Under the pieces are notes generated by a model, which worked only from the letters and a program-made list of their open reading frames with translations, was not told where the DNA came from and ran no database searches. Positions 25,248-38,675 of a DNA stretch of 64,000 bases are shown one piece after another. The translations under genes were made by a program, and so were the position numbers. The DNA comes from Antedon mediterranea (lineage: Eukaryota > Animalia > Echinodermata): positions 31,564,437-31,628,436 of the forward strand of contig NC_092672.1 in the NCBI RefSeq assembly GCF_964355755.1, given 5' to 3'. Position 1 is the first letter of the stretch. Every line of letters begins with the position of its first letter.

Positions 25248-28200
25248 AATTGTACTTACTTGTCACGGCGTATGTATTATAAATCTCCTGAGTTCTTGTA
25301 ATGCACATTGTACTTACTTGTCACGGCGTATGTATTATAAATCTCCTGAGTTCTTGTAATGCACATTGTACTTACTTGTCACGGCGTATGTATTATAAAT
25401 CTTCTGAGTTCTTGTAATGCACATTGTACTTACTTGTCACGGCGTATCTATTATAAATCTCCTGAGTTCTTGTAATGCACATTGTACTTACTTGTCACGG
25501 CGTGTGTATTATAAATCTGCTGAGTTCTTGTAATTAAAATTGTACTTACTTGTCACGGCGTATCTATTATAAATCTCCTCAGTTCTTGTAATACACATTG
25601 TACTTACTTGTCACGGCGTATCTATTATAAATCTCCTGAGTTCTTGTAATGCACATTGTACTTACTTGTCACGGCGTATCTATTATAAATCTCCTGAGTT
25701 CTTGTAATACACATTGTACTTACTAGTCACGGCGTATCTATTATAAATCTCCTGAGTTCTTGTAATGCACATTGTACTTACCTGTCACGGCGTATCTATT
25801 ATAAATCCCCTGAGTTCTTGTAATACACATTGTACTTACTTGTCACGGCGTATGTATTATAAATCTCCTGAGTTCTTGTAATACACATTGTACTTACTTG
25901 TCACGGCGTATGTATTATAAATCTCCTGAGTTCTTTTAATACACATTGTACTTACTTGTCACGGCGTATCTATTTTAATCTCCTGAGTTCTTGTAATACA
26001 CATTGTACTTACTTGTCACGGCGTATCTATTATAAATCCCCTGAGTTCTTGTAATACACATTGTACTTACTTGTCACGGCGTATGTATTATAAATCTCCT
26101 GAGTTCTTGTAATACACATTGTACTTACTTGTCACGGCGTATCTATTATAAATCCCCTGAGTTCTTGTAATACACATTGTACTTACTTGTCACGGCGTAT
26201 GTATTATAAATCTCCTGAGTTCTTTTAATACACATTGTACTTACTTGTCACGGCGTATCTATTATAAATCTCCTGAGTTCTTGTAATACACATTGTACTT
26301 ACTTGTCACGGCGTATCTATTATAAATCTCATGAGTTCTTGTAATACACATTGTACTTACTTGTCACGGCTTATCTACTATAAATCTCATGAGTTCTTGT
26401 AATACACATTGTACTTACTTGTCACGGCGTATCTATTATAAATCTCATGAGTTCTTGTAATGCACATTGTACTTACTTGTCACGGCGTATCTATTATAAA
26501 TCTCATGAGTTCTTGTAATACACATTGTACTTACTTGTCACGGCGTATGTATTATAAATCTCCTGAGTTCTTGTAATGCACATTGTACTTACTTGTCATC
26601 GGCGTATCTATTATAAATCTCCTGAGTTCTTGTAATGCACATTGTACTTACTTGTCACGGCGTATCTATTATAAATCTCCTGAGTTCTTGTAATACACAT
26701 TGTACTTGTCACGGCGTATGTATTATAAATCTCCTGAGTTCTTGTAATGCACATTGTACTTACTTGTCACGGCGTATCTATTATAAATCTCCTGAGTTCT
26801 TGTAATACACATTGTACTTACTTGTCACGGCGTATCTATTATAAATCTCCTGAGTTCTTGTAATGCACATTGTACTTACTTTTCACGGCGTATGTATTAT
26901 AAATCTCATGAGTTCTTGTAATACACATTGTACTTACTTGTCACGGCGTATCTACTATAAATCTCATGAGTTCTTGTAATACACATTGTACTTACTTGTC
27001 ACGGCGTATCTATTATAAATCTCCTGAGTTCTTGTAATGCACATTGTACTTACTTGTCACGGTGTATGTATTATAAATCTCCTGAGTTCTTGTAATACAC
27101 ATTGTACTTACTTGTCACGGCGTATGTATTATAAATCTCCTGAGTTCTTGTAATACACATTGTACTTACTTGTCACGGCGTATGTATTATAAATCTCCTG
27201 AGTTCTTGTAATGCACATTGTACTTACTTGTCACGGCGTATCTATTATAAATCTCCTGAGTTCTTGTAATGCACATTGTACTTACTTGTCACGGCGTATG
27301 TATTATAAATCTCCTGAGTTCTTGTAATACACATTGTACTTACTTGTCACGGCGTATGTATTATAAATCTCCTGAGTTCTTGTAATACACATTGTACTTA
27401 CTTGTCACGGCGTATCTATTATAAATCTCCTGAGTTCTTGTAATGCACATTGTACTTACTTGTCACGGCGTATGTATTATAAATCTCCTGAGTTCTTGTA
27501 ATACACATTGTACTTACTTGTCACGGCGTATCTATTATAAATCTCCTGAGTTCTTGTAATGCACATTGTACTTACTTTTCACGGCGTATGTATTATAAAT
27601 CTCATGAGTTCTTGTAATACACATTGTACTTACTTGTCACGGCGTATCTACTATAAATCTCAGGAGTTCTTGTAATACACATTGTACTTACTTGTCACGG
27701 CGTATCTATTATAAATCTCCTGAGTTCTTGTAATGCACATTGTACTTACTTGTCACGGTGTATGTATTATAAATCTCCTGAGTTCTTGTAATACACATTG
27801 TACTTACTTGTCACGGCGTATGTATTATAAATCTCCTGAGTTCTTGTAATACACATTGTACTTACTTGTCACGGCGTATGTATTATAAATCTCCTGAGTT
27901 CTTGTAATGCACATTGTACTTACTTGTCACGGCGTATCTATTATAAATCTCCTGAGTTCTTGTAATGCACATTGTACTTACTTGTCACGGCGTATGTATT
28001 ATAAATCTCCTGAGTTCTTGTAATACACATTGTACTTACTTGTCACGGCGTATGTATTATAAATCTCCTGAGTTCTTGTAATACACATTGTACTTACTTG
28101 TCACGGCGTATCTATTATAAATCTTCTGAGTTCTTGTAATACACATTGTACTTACTTGTCACGGCGTATCTATTATAAATCTCATGAGTTCTTGTAATAC

Positions 28201-28950
28201 ACATTGTACTTACTTGTCACGGCGTATCTATTATAAATCTTCTGAGTTCTTGTAATACACATTGTACTTACTTGTCACGGCGTATCTATTATAAATCTCC
28301 TGAGTTCTTGTAATACACATTGTACTTACTTGTCACGGCGTATGTATTATAAATCTCCTGAGTTCTTGTAATACACGTTGTACTTACTTGTCACGGCGTA
28401 TCTATTATAAATCTCCTGAGTTCTTGTAATACACATTGTACTTACTTGTCACGGCGTATCTATTTTAATCTCCTGAGTTCTTGTAATGCACATTGTACTT
28501 ACTTGTCATCGGCGTATCTATTATAAATCTCCTGAGTTCTTTTAATACACATTGTACTTACTTGTCACGGCGTATGTATTATAAATCTCCTGAGTTCTTG
28601 TAATACACATTGTACTTACTTGTCACGGCGTATCTATTATAAACCTCCTGAGTTCTTGTAATACACATTGTACTTACTTGTCACGGCGTATCTATTATAA
28701 ATCTCCTGAGTTCTTGTAATACACATTGTACTTACTTGTCACGGCGTATCTATTATAAATCTCCTGAGTTCTTGTAATGCACATTGTACTTACTTGTCAC
28801 GGCGTATCTATTATAAATCTTTTGAGTTCTTGTAATACACATTGTACTTACTTGTCACGGCGTATCTATTATAAATCTTTTAAGTTCTTGTAATACACAT
28901 TGTACTTACTTGTCACGGCGTATCTATTATAAATCTTCTAAGTTCTTGTC
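25248..28950. repeat. 58-bp satellite array (~64 copies)
   Basis: Unit ACACATTGTACTTACTTGTCACGGCGTATCTATTATAAATCTCCTGAGTTCTTGTAAT; period 58 (25261 to 25319). Confidence 0.97.
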
Positions 28951-29824
28951 CACACTGCTTCTTGCTATGATACTAAATGAATTCAAGCTGCTTTGTATAT
29001 TTAATATTATACATACATTGTTAGATCAATCAATCATTTTTAATGTAAATTTAATGTAAATATAAATCAAAGTTATCATATTTTTACTTAATACATCATT
29101 AGGACTACAAAGACTCATGTGATTTGATTCGCTGAGTTATCATCTTAATAAACTAATTTCAAGACGGCCTAACTTTTGCAATTTAGTTTGTGCAGTTTAC
29201 ACAACTTGAGTTTGGCAATTGCTACTACCTTGGTAGAAGTAGGACAAAAGTCTTAACCTACAAGTAAACAACTTTACTACAACTTTTTATCGGCAAAATG
29301 CAATAACTAAGGTAAGAAGAATAGAACATTTTGTTGTCATAAACTATCATAAATCGGTCCAGACATTTTAGTATACACACATATATATCTAATTACTTGA
29401 GTAAGAAGAAAAAAAGAAATAAGTGAAGATATATTTTTTTTCTACAGAAATTATTAGCTTTGCATTACGTGGTAACTACTGTAGTGGCTAAATGTTATAT
29501 CAGACAATGCAAATTCTTTTTAAAATGTCCGACATTTTTTGAAAATTGTTTCATTTACATTTTGGATGGCGTCTGCCTTGCGTATGTTTTAGTTTTTGAG
29601 GTACCACTACGCGTTTCCGGTTTTACGTTGCGTTTACGTCATATTTACGTTATCTACTAACTGTAGGTGTCTTTACTGCTTTGTCTAGGTAGTTTCAATT
29701 ACACAACACATGACCATACATACACCTATATTTTACCTAAACTTTAGATACAGTACCGAGAATCGGCTGCTTTACCACAGTTGATAACTAACACCAAAGT
29801 CAGTTTAGTTTCTCATGCGTAATC

Positions 29825-30829
29825 TCATTTAAAACATTTGAGACAGAAGAATTTGTAAAACACCTCTCTGATTTTAACATTTGTGAGTGCGTAGAGGAAT
29901 GGATTGATGGCAGAGTTGCTCCACAAGAGGTAGATAACAATATGCCAAACAGTGTCATCTGTTAAGTCTTCACTGACTATACTCCAAATAAGCACAATGT
30001 TGAAAGGTGTCCAGCAGACGGCAAAAACGAATACTAAAATCGTAAGTGTAACTGCCGCTTTACGATGTCTCCCCGTTGAAGAAATTGTTCTATTTACGTT
30101 CCGTCACGTAGAAACTGAAGTAGCTGCAGTAATTGATAAACTTGTGCTTGTGGCCTGAAATATTGATCGGTTGTTATTTACACTGGGATTTGTACGCGTA
30201 CGATGACGTATCTCGTTATATACAGCGCAATTCAAATATATTATAGCGGCTAACGGTATTACGAACTGTACAGATACATTTGCCAAATTATTGAAATAAC
30301 CCGTTACGCAATTTATCGAGTAGTCAATTACATGTTCTCCACTGAATTTCTCCCAGAATGAAATTAGAATTATGTTAAGTGGTAAGATAAAAACCCACGA
30401 GACAATAATCATAACGGTAACTCGTTTTGTAGTCTGAAACTGACGGTATTTTAACTTCATTTTTAACATCCAGTAGCGATCCAAACTGATAAAAATAATA
30501 CCACAAACAGAAACACCACATGCCGTGTGGTTAATGATCAACCACATCTTACAGACGCCTTCACCGAATGGCCAATAACCAAACATTAGCAAAAGAATGC
30601 TGAGCGGGAATGCGAAAGCGCCAATTAAAAGGTCGGCGACAGAAAGATTTAAGATGAACAAATTCGCTGGATTCGAACGAAGCGATTTTTCGGTGATGAA
30701 AGCAAGAATTACCAGACTGTTTCCAAACACGGTCACTACGGATATAAACCAGCATATGATGATTCCGCCGGTTACATTCAAAGTATCATCAGTTTGATTT
30801 CCGACATCATAGTCACTTAACAAGTCCAT
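29825..30829 (-). pseudogene. GPCR copy 7 with a single in-frame TGA at 30104-30106 (otherwise intact)
   Basis: CGA in copy 8 is TGA here; the same frame continues through RHRKAA, CWTPF and NPFLY to KCFK* at 29825. Confidence 0.85.
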
Positions 30830-32172
30830 ATTGAACTGGACTTGCACAATCACTGAAACTAAATAAAACAGTAGTTTTAGTTAGAATAAATGAGAATCTG
30901 CAGTTTTATTATAGTAATTCACTATGACAACTCAGATGGCAGTTAGTTGTAGTGCTCTCAATGTTATAATTTGCAACATAAATATAATAATTATCTTTTA
31001 AGATAAGTTACTTGGAGTGATGTAACATTTTTATCTACATAATACAAAAGAAGATTATCAGAAAACTCCCAAATAATGCAATTAAAATAGTAATTTGCAC
31101 CATAATTAAAATTTACGAATATAATATATAATAATAAGTTATTTGAAGTGCATACTAAAAAATAAGATTATCAGAAAACTCCCATATAGCGAAATAAAAA
31201 AAAAACACTACAAGGTTCCGGTTTTTTATATTGTGTTCAATAATTTTGAAAAAAAAAACAATAGGATACTCTGTACCTACTGTGTATTAAAAGCCACTAT
31301 TCATCAGTCTGTGATGGAGTTCTTGTCATCACTGGTTGTCGTTACGTTATTAAATGAATAAAAGATGCGTCGTATATTAATTATTATATACACACATTGT
31401 TAGACCAATCATGTATAAAGTTACATTTTCATCGAAGTTATCATATAATTTATATTTTAATATATTCTATAATTAGTAGGGCGCGATACTAATTAATTTT
31501 AAATCAATCACTAACTTTTAAGTAGTCTTGTCACTGTTGTTGATTGTGTTTTACAGTGATATTCATATCTTTTAAACCTGATTTTTTCTCAAATTTAGCA
31601 CGACATTTCCTCGTGTACTACTCGTGTCAAAGGAATACGATCCATGGCCTAACTTCAGCAAACTGCAGTTACCGAAGATTTTCAACTAGTCATACCAAAC
31701 GATGAACAGCTTTTCTCTTCGGAGTACCTATACTAGCAAACGGCCACTGTTGAATTTAAGCATAAATTTTGTCCATAATCACATGACTGATGACTCCAAA
31801 GACTGGTATTTGATTCTCTTATTTGACAACCCTCAGCAAACTAGTTTGTCGGTATACTTTCTTCAAATTAAAAAGGCCTAACATCTGTTGTAAATGTGAC
31901 CATAACGTTTAAGGCCCGGCCTGCACTGAAAATAACTTATTATGTAACTACTCGTTTGAGATGATTCCCTTGGCGTCTACGTCATAGTTTCGTTGTCTAC
32001 TGTGCGTGTTATTACTGCTTTGTCTAGGTAGTTTTTTAGTTACGTTTACGCCATGTGCTTTATAAAATCAATGTCATTTTTTCTTAGAATTAGACAACAT
32101 GATCTTTAAAATGTGTGTTTTATCTAAACTTTACATCATTGATAACAGACACCATCAGTTTTCACACGTATC

Positions 32173-32208
32173 TCATTTGAAACATTTCAGACCGAAAAAA
32201 TTGTAAAA
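32173..32208 (-). pseudogene. C-terminal remnant of an 11th GPCR copy
   Basis: Minus strand reads FYNFFGLKCFK*, and the adjacent sequence resembles the 3' flanks of other copies. Confidence 0.75.
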
Positions 32209-32789
32209 AAATTTTTTGTTGAGTTAATTAAAAAAACACTATTTTAAGAATTAAATGTCATAAAATTACATTAGCATAATATGAATCCAATATAATATTA
32301 ATAACAGTTTCGTCAACATTTTGTTAAATCCTTACGTCAGTTTTTCATACGTTACATCAGTTACGCAATTTACCTGTTGCGTAAAGGAAGTTGGAAAAAC
32401 TCGACGCTCTGTTGAAAATTAATTTAAAAAAATGTTGTACCCTTATAATTATGATTAGAAATTACAACAATTCATAATTTTATTTCGAATTTGATAGATA
32501 CGTTTTTCATGACACAATTCGTAATAACATATCTATTGGCGCCGGTTTACATAATACCAACTATCGGAATTATAAAAAAGAAAGCAAATAAGCAATTTAC
32601 TTTATAATATACACAGTAAGTTAGTGTCATGTATAGAAACACGATTATTTAAGAACTTTTATTATTATGTGGTAATAGTGGGAATAGCAATCGTCTCTGA
32701 GATGATGAAATATTTATTAAATGTCATAAAATTACATTAACATAATATGAATTCAAGATAAATTAATACAACGATTATAAACAATGTCT

Positions 32790-33200
32790 TAGTTAAGTCG
32801 AAGACTTCAACCACTCCACACAAGAAAATGGCACTCTTGCAAGGTTTTTGCCTCTAAAGCACACGCCTCTGGTCAATTCTCCACCTTGTTCCCTGCCCCT
32901 TAGTATAGATCCTGCATGACCCTTAGACATAATCGTAAAGTGGAAAACTATAGTTACAAAACAAAACGTTTCCAAACTAGTCCTGTCCCTTTTATGGTTG
33001 AACTTTTGAACAAACTGTAACTTTTTTATTTTTTTTTGCTTGTATTATTTGAGGTAACTGCAGTCTAATTTATTCGTTTTTATATATGTATGTATTGTTG
33101 ATAGTGACTATAGTTTAAATAGTTTTTATAATGTAATACATATGCAATTCAGCCATGTGCTGCCATGTATGTAATTTGTATGTGAATTTTGAATAAATAT
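32790..33200 (+). mobile_element. 3' fragment of a CR1/L2-group LINE
   Basis: Translates LRHNRKVENYSYKTKRFQTSPVPFMVELLNKL*, typical of ORF2 C-termini; AATAAA ~33192. Confidence 0.5.
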
Positions 33201-33749
33201 ACCGATATGCTCTCCGGGTGGAATGCCATCCTGAGATGAGTAGTAGTAATTAGTCTTGTTTATTTTATTTCATTTATATGTAATTTTTACTTTCTATGAA
33301 CCAGAGATTCCGAAATAAAAGATTGAATGTATGAATGAATATAGCAGTTTGGTCAGTTTTTCATAAGTTACATCAGTTACGCAATTAACTTTTTTGGAAA
33401 ACCTGTCTTTGTATTCCTTAAAACTATTACGAAATATTATCAAATACAAATATTTAATCTCCAGTGATCTCTACTGACACCGATCTGCATAATGCCAACT
33501 ACTGTACAAGAAAACAAACAAGACAATTCACATTACGTATTAAGAACTTTGACGATTCCATCCTTAAATTTGGCCTTATTTACATTTATTGCTATGTGGT
33601 AATGGTGGTAATATTAATCGTCTCTGATTGATGATTAAAGATTAATATACGAATACCATAAAGTGTGTGGTGTGTGTGTGAACAGACGTTAGAAATGTGT
33701 CAAAATACACTAAATTTACATTATACTGTACAACTTATGATAAGAATAC

Positions 33750-33985
33750 ACATATTACTTACTTGTTACTGTGTCTCTATTATAAATTTCCAGAATTCTT
33801 GTCCACATTGGTTGTAACTACGATACTAAATTAATTCAAGCTGCTTTGTATGTTTATAGCTATACATTCATTGTTAGACCAATCAATCATTTTTAATGTA
33901 AATTTAATGTAAATATTAATCAAAGTAATCATATTTTTACCTAATAACCCATCATTAGGAAGACACAATACTAATTATTTTAAGT
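33750..33985 (-). promoter_or_regulatory. Orphan promoter/exon-1 module of the deleted 11th copy
   Basis: TACTTAC donor, ATTGTTAGACCAATCA and ATACTAATTATTT blocks; homologous to 28890-29100. Confidence 0.55.
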
Positions 33986-36900
33986 CAATCACTTACAGTA
34001 TTTTCAATATACCAATGTTTGTTCATAGTGATAGTAGTATTCTAAATACTAGACCGTATTTCGGATATTAAATATTGACAAAAAAGATAAATAATTTGGC
34101 ATATATGGCGTTTCATACGTCTAATAATAAACAACATTTATTCAACATCAACAGACAGTTTACGGTCAAGACAAACAGAAGCCGAAGTGGCTTGTCTTTG
34201 TAGCCCATAAGCATAAAACGTAAAACATAGACGGAGGCATTACAATTATAAAAAATGACATTTTGAAAGACAGAAAAGAAAAAATACAAAGTGAGATCAA
34301 GCATAATAAAAACATATCATAGATACGTATAATACTTGAGGTCACAAAAACAATGTTTTTCCAGACAAAAATCGAAACGCCGACTAACAAAATATAAAGA
34401 CAATAGATAATTTAAGTTTAGTAGGAACAATGCTCTCTAAGTCTACACTGGAAACTGTATCATTTTTGTTTTTGCAGACTTCGAATTTAGAGTCCTCAGT
34501 CGGGTTTACTGGAGGTTGTCATTTTGTACACCATCAGAATCACATGACTAAAATGATTGTGATTTGATTCTCTGAGTTATCATCTAAATAAACAGATTTC
34601 AAGACGGCAAAACTTTTGCAAACTAGTTTCTGCAGTTTACACAACTTGAGTTTGGCAATTGCTACTACCTTGGTAGAAGTTGGACATATGTCTTAACCTA
34701 CAAGTAAACAACTTTACTACAACTTTTTATCAGCAAAATGCAATAACTAAGGTAAGAAGAATAGAACATAAACTGTAATAAATCGGTCCAGACATTTTTG
34801 TTTACACACATACATGTCTAATTACTTGAATGAGAAGAAAGAAAATAAACAGAAAGAAACAAGTTTAAAAAAAAGGAAAAGAGAAAGCGAAAAAAAGAAG
34901 GAAAGTAAAGAAAAAAGAAAGTAAAGACATTTTTTTTTGATAGAAATGATTAACTTTATATTACGTGGTAACTACTGTGGTGGTTAAAGGTTATATCAGA
35001 CAATGCAAGCATATTGTATTCCTAAAATAGTTTCATTAACATTTTGGATTTGATAGTTAAAAATGACCAATCTGTTAACAATAAAAATGGCGTCTGCCTT
35101 GCGTAGGCCTACACTCATGTCCACGTGTGTCGTCCACGTGTATTACTCGTGTCAAATACGCCCTCATCTTTCAGTATTTTTATTCACTAGGCGGGATCTC
35201 CGAAGAGATACTTTTATATATATAAACACATTAGCCAAAGAACATTAATTCTAAACCGCCCGGTGATATACTGAAATTTTAATTAATTAATTTGAAACGA
35301 TAAAGATGAGGAAATCTGTGATATTTATATATGTGAACTTTATTCAATCAATCGTACATTTTTTTGGTATTATAATGGTAACCATAATAACGTATATTTA
35401 CAGTGATTTTTACACACAAAAAAACAAACAAAATAAATATTAATTATAAAATATATACAGTGATTCTTTACAGTAATGATAATCATAAAATTAATTGTTT
35501 ATATTGACTATTATTGGAAACAGAAGAGGAATAATAAAATACTGAATAAATACAAAGTTTCATTTGAGGTTTTTATTTAAAGGCCTAACTAGTTTCCAAG
35601 CAGTTTCTCAATTTAATTACTCTACACTGTCATAAATTAGAAAATGTATCGTTCCAGCTCAGATTTATGTTTGTATATTATAATTTAATATGATTTTATG
35701 AATCTATAACTCAAATTAAATGTATACCAAGTACTATCATTTAACCATCGGTTTATCAGGTAAAGTTCAGTCTTCCGTGAATTTGGTAAGTCATAACTGT
35801 TATCGTCTGATCTTGTTTGTAGAATTTTGTGACGTAACTAACATTCAACTTATAAGGAACTATTTTTACCATATTTGGTTACAGGTCCGCCTCTATTTTG
35901 TATATTAAACAGACCTAAAGTGACACTTACAAAATGATTTAGAATCCGCGCGAAACTTTTACAGACTTCTACCGATAGAGGGCCTGTAAAATTCATGACG
36001 TCAGAGCGTGTGCGATAATTTGCCAATAACGGTCGAAAAGTTGAACGCGGCTCTCCGACTGATAATTAAACATTTCGCATAAACACAATATTGCGATAGG
36101 AGATAAACTTATTAATCAAACAATTTTTTTGTAATTAATTGCGTTTACGTTAAATACCATTGACGTATACAAATATCTTTTCTTTACCTCTCATTTTTAC
36201 AGTGTTTAATTTGGTTCATAATAAATATTCATATTAATCAATCAAACATTTCGCATAATCTACACTGGCAAATTGTTTTATTCTTGTTGTTGCAGACTTC
36301 GAATTTAGAGTCTCTAAGTTGAGTTTACTTGAGGCTGTCATTTTGTTCACCATCAGAATCACATGACTACAAAGACTGTGATTTGATTCGCTGAGTTATT
36401 ATCTCAATAAACTGATTTCAAGGCGGCCTAACTTTTGCAAACTAGTTTCTGCAGTTTACACAACTTGAGTTTGGCCTTGGTAGAAGTTGGACATATGTCT
36501 TAACATACAAGTAAACAACTTTTTATCGGCAAAATGCAATAACTAAGTTAAGAAGAATAGACAATTTTTTTGTCATAAATCGGTCCAGACATTTTAGTAT
36601 ACACACATATATGTCGAATTACTTGAGTAAGAAAAAAGATAAAGAAATAAAAAAAGAAAAATGTTTTAAAAAAGAAAAGGGTAAAAAGAAAGAAAGTAAG
36701 GAAAAAAGAAAGTGAAGACATTTTTTTCGATAGAAATGATTAACTTTATATTGCGTGGTAACTACTGTAGTGGTTAAAGGTTATATCAGATAATTGATGA
36801 TTTCATTGACATTTTGGATTTGATAGTTAAAAATGACCAATCTCTTTTACGTTGCGTCTACGTCATAATCACCATAGTTGCGTTATCTACTGTACGTGTC

Positions 36901-37049
36901 TTCACTGCTTTGTCTAGGTAGTTTCAATTACACAACACATGACAATACATATATATTTTACCTAAACTTTAGATACAGTACCGAGAATCAGCTACTTTAC
37001 CACAGTTGATAACTAACACCAAAGTCAGTTTAGTTTCTCACGCGTAATC

Positions 37050-38054
37050 TCATTTAAAACATTTAAGACCGAAGAACTTGTAAAACACCTCTCTGATTTT
37101 AAGATTGGTGAGTGCGTAGAGGAATGGATTGATGGCAGAGTTGCTCCACAAGAGGTAGGTAACAACCTGCCAAACAGTGTAATCTGTTAAGTCTTCACTG
37201 ACTACTCTCCAAATAAGCACAATGTTGTGAGGAGTCCAGCAGACGGCAAAAACGGATACTAAAATCGTAAGTGTAAATGCCGCTTTACGATGTCTCCCCG
37301 TTGAAGAAATTGTCGTATTTACGTTTCGTCGCGTAGAAACTGAAGAAGCTGCAGTAACTGATAAACGATTGCTTGTGGCCTGAACTATTGATCGGTTGCT
37401 ATTCACACTGGGATTTGTACGCGTACGATGACGTATCTCGTTATATACAGCGCAATTCAAAAATATTATAGCGGCTAACGGTATTATAAACTGTACAAAT
37501 ACATTTGTTAAATTATTGTAATAACCCGTGTCGCATATTATTGAATAGTCAATTACATGTTCTCCACTGAATTTCTCCCAGAATACAATTAGAATTATGT
37601 TAAGTGGTAAGATAAAAACCCACGAGACAATAATCATAACGGTAACTCGTTTTGTAGTCTGAAACTGACGGTATTTTAACTTCATTTTTAACATCCAGTA
37701 GCGATCCAAACTGATAAAGATAATAGCACAGACAGAAATACCACATGCCGTGTAGTTAACAATCAACCACATCTTGCAGACGCCTTCACCAAATGGCCAA
37801 GTACCAAACATTAGCCACAGAGTGAAAAGCGGGAACGAGAAGGCGCCAGTTAAAAAGTCCGCACCAGACAGATTCAAGATGAACAAATTTGCTGGATTCG
37901 AACGAAGTGATTTTTCGGTTATGAAAGCAAGAATGACGAGACTGTTTCCAAACACGGTTACTACGCACAGAATCCAGCATATGACAATTCCACCGGATAC
38001 AACCAAAGTATCGTCAGTTTGATTTCTGACATAATAGTCGCTTAAAAAATCCAT
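37050..38054 (-). CDS. GPCR copy 8 (intact; N3.32, Q5.46, H6.51)
   Basis: Full 7TM ORF ending KCFK*; ATG at 38054; upstream donor at 38708. Confidence 0.88.
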   Translation of the reverse strand: MDFLSDYYVRNQTDDTLVVSGGIVICWILCVVTVFGNSLVILAFITEKSLRSNPANLFILNLSGADFLTGAFSFPLFTLWLMFGTWPFGEGVCKMWLIVNYTACGISVCAIIFISLDRYWMLKMKLKYRQFQTTKRVTVMIIVSWVFILPLNIILIVFWEKFSGEHVIDYSIICDTGYYNNLTNVFVQFIIPLAAIIFLNCAVYNEIRHRTRTNPSVNSNRSIVQATSNRLSVTAASSVSTRRNVNTTISSTGRHRKAAFTLTILVSVFAVCWTPHNIVLIWRVVSEDLTDYTVWQVVTYLLWSNSAINPFLYALTNLKIREVFYKFFGLKCFK

Positions 38055-38441
38055 ATTGAAGTGAACTTGTACAATCACTGAAACTAAAAAAAACAGTAGT
38101 TTTAGTTAGAATAAATGAGATTTGTTGTTCTATTACAGTAATTCACTATGACAACTCAGATGTCAGTTAGTTGCATTGCTCTCAATGTTACAGTAATTTG
38201 CAACATAAATATAATATCTTATAAGATAAGTTATTTGGAGTGATGTAAAATTTGTGTCTACATACTACAAAATAAGATTATCAGAAAACGCCCAAATAGT
38301 GCAAATAAAATAGTAATTTGCACCATAATTAAAACTTACGAATATCATATATAATAATAAGTAATTTGAAGTACACACTAAAAAATAAGATTATCAGAAA
38401 ACTCCGATATAGTGGAATTTAAAAAACACTACACGGTTCCG

Positions 38442-38675
38442 ATTTTGATATTGTGTTCGATAATTTTGATATTGTGTTCGATAATTTTGATATTGTGTTC
38501 GATAATTTTGATATTGTGTTCGATAATTTTGATATTGTGTTCGATAATTTTGATATTGTGTTCGATAATTTTGATATTGTGTTCGATAATTTTGATATTG
38601 TGTTCGATAATTTTGATATTGTGTTCGATAATTTTGATATTGTGTTCGATAAGTTTGATATTGTGTTCGATAATT
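38442..38675. repeat. 21-bp minisatellite (~11 copies) in intron 1 of copy 8
   Basis: Unit ATTTTGATATTGTGTTCGATA; single copy in paralogous introns (e.g. ~18427). Confidence 0.95.

Noticed and set aside
25248-28950. CRISPR-like array
   Set aside because: Contiguous near-identical units with no unique spacers, no cas genes, and a eukaryotic context.
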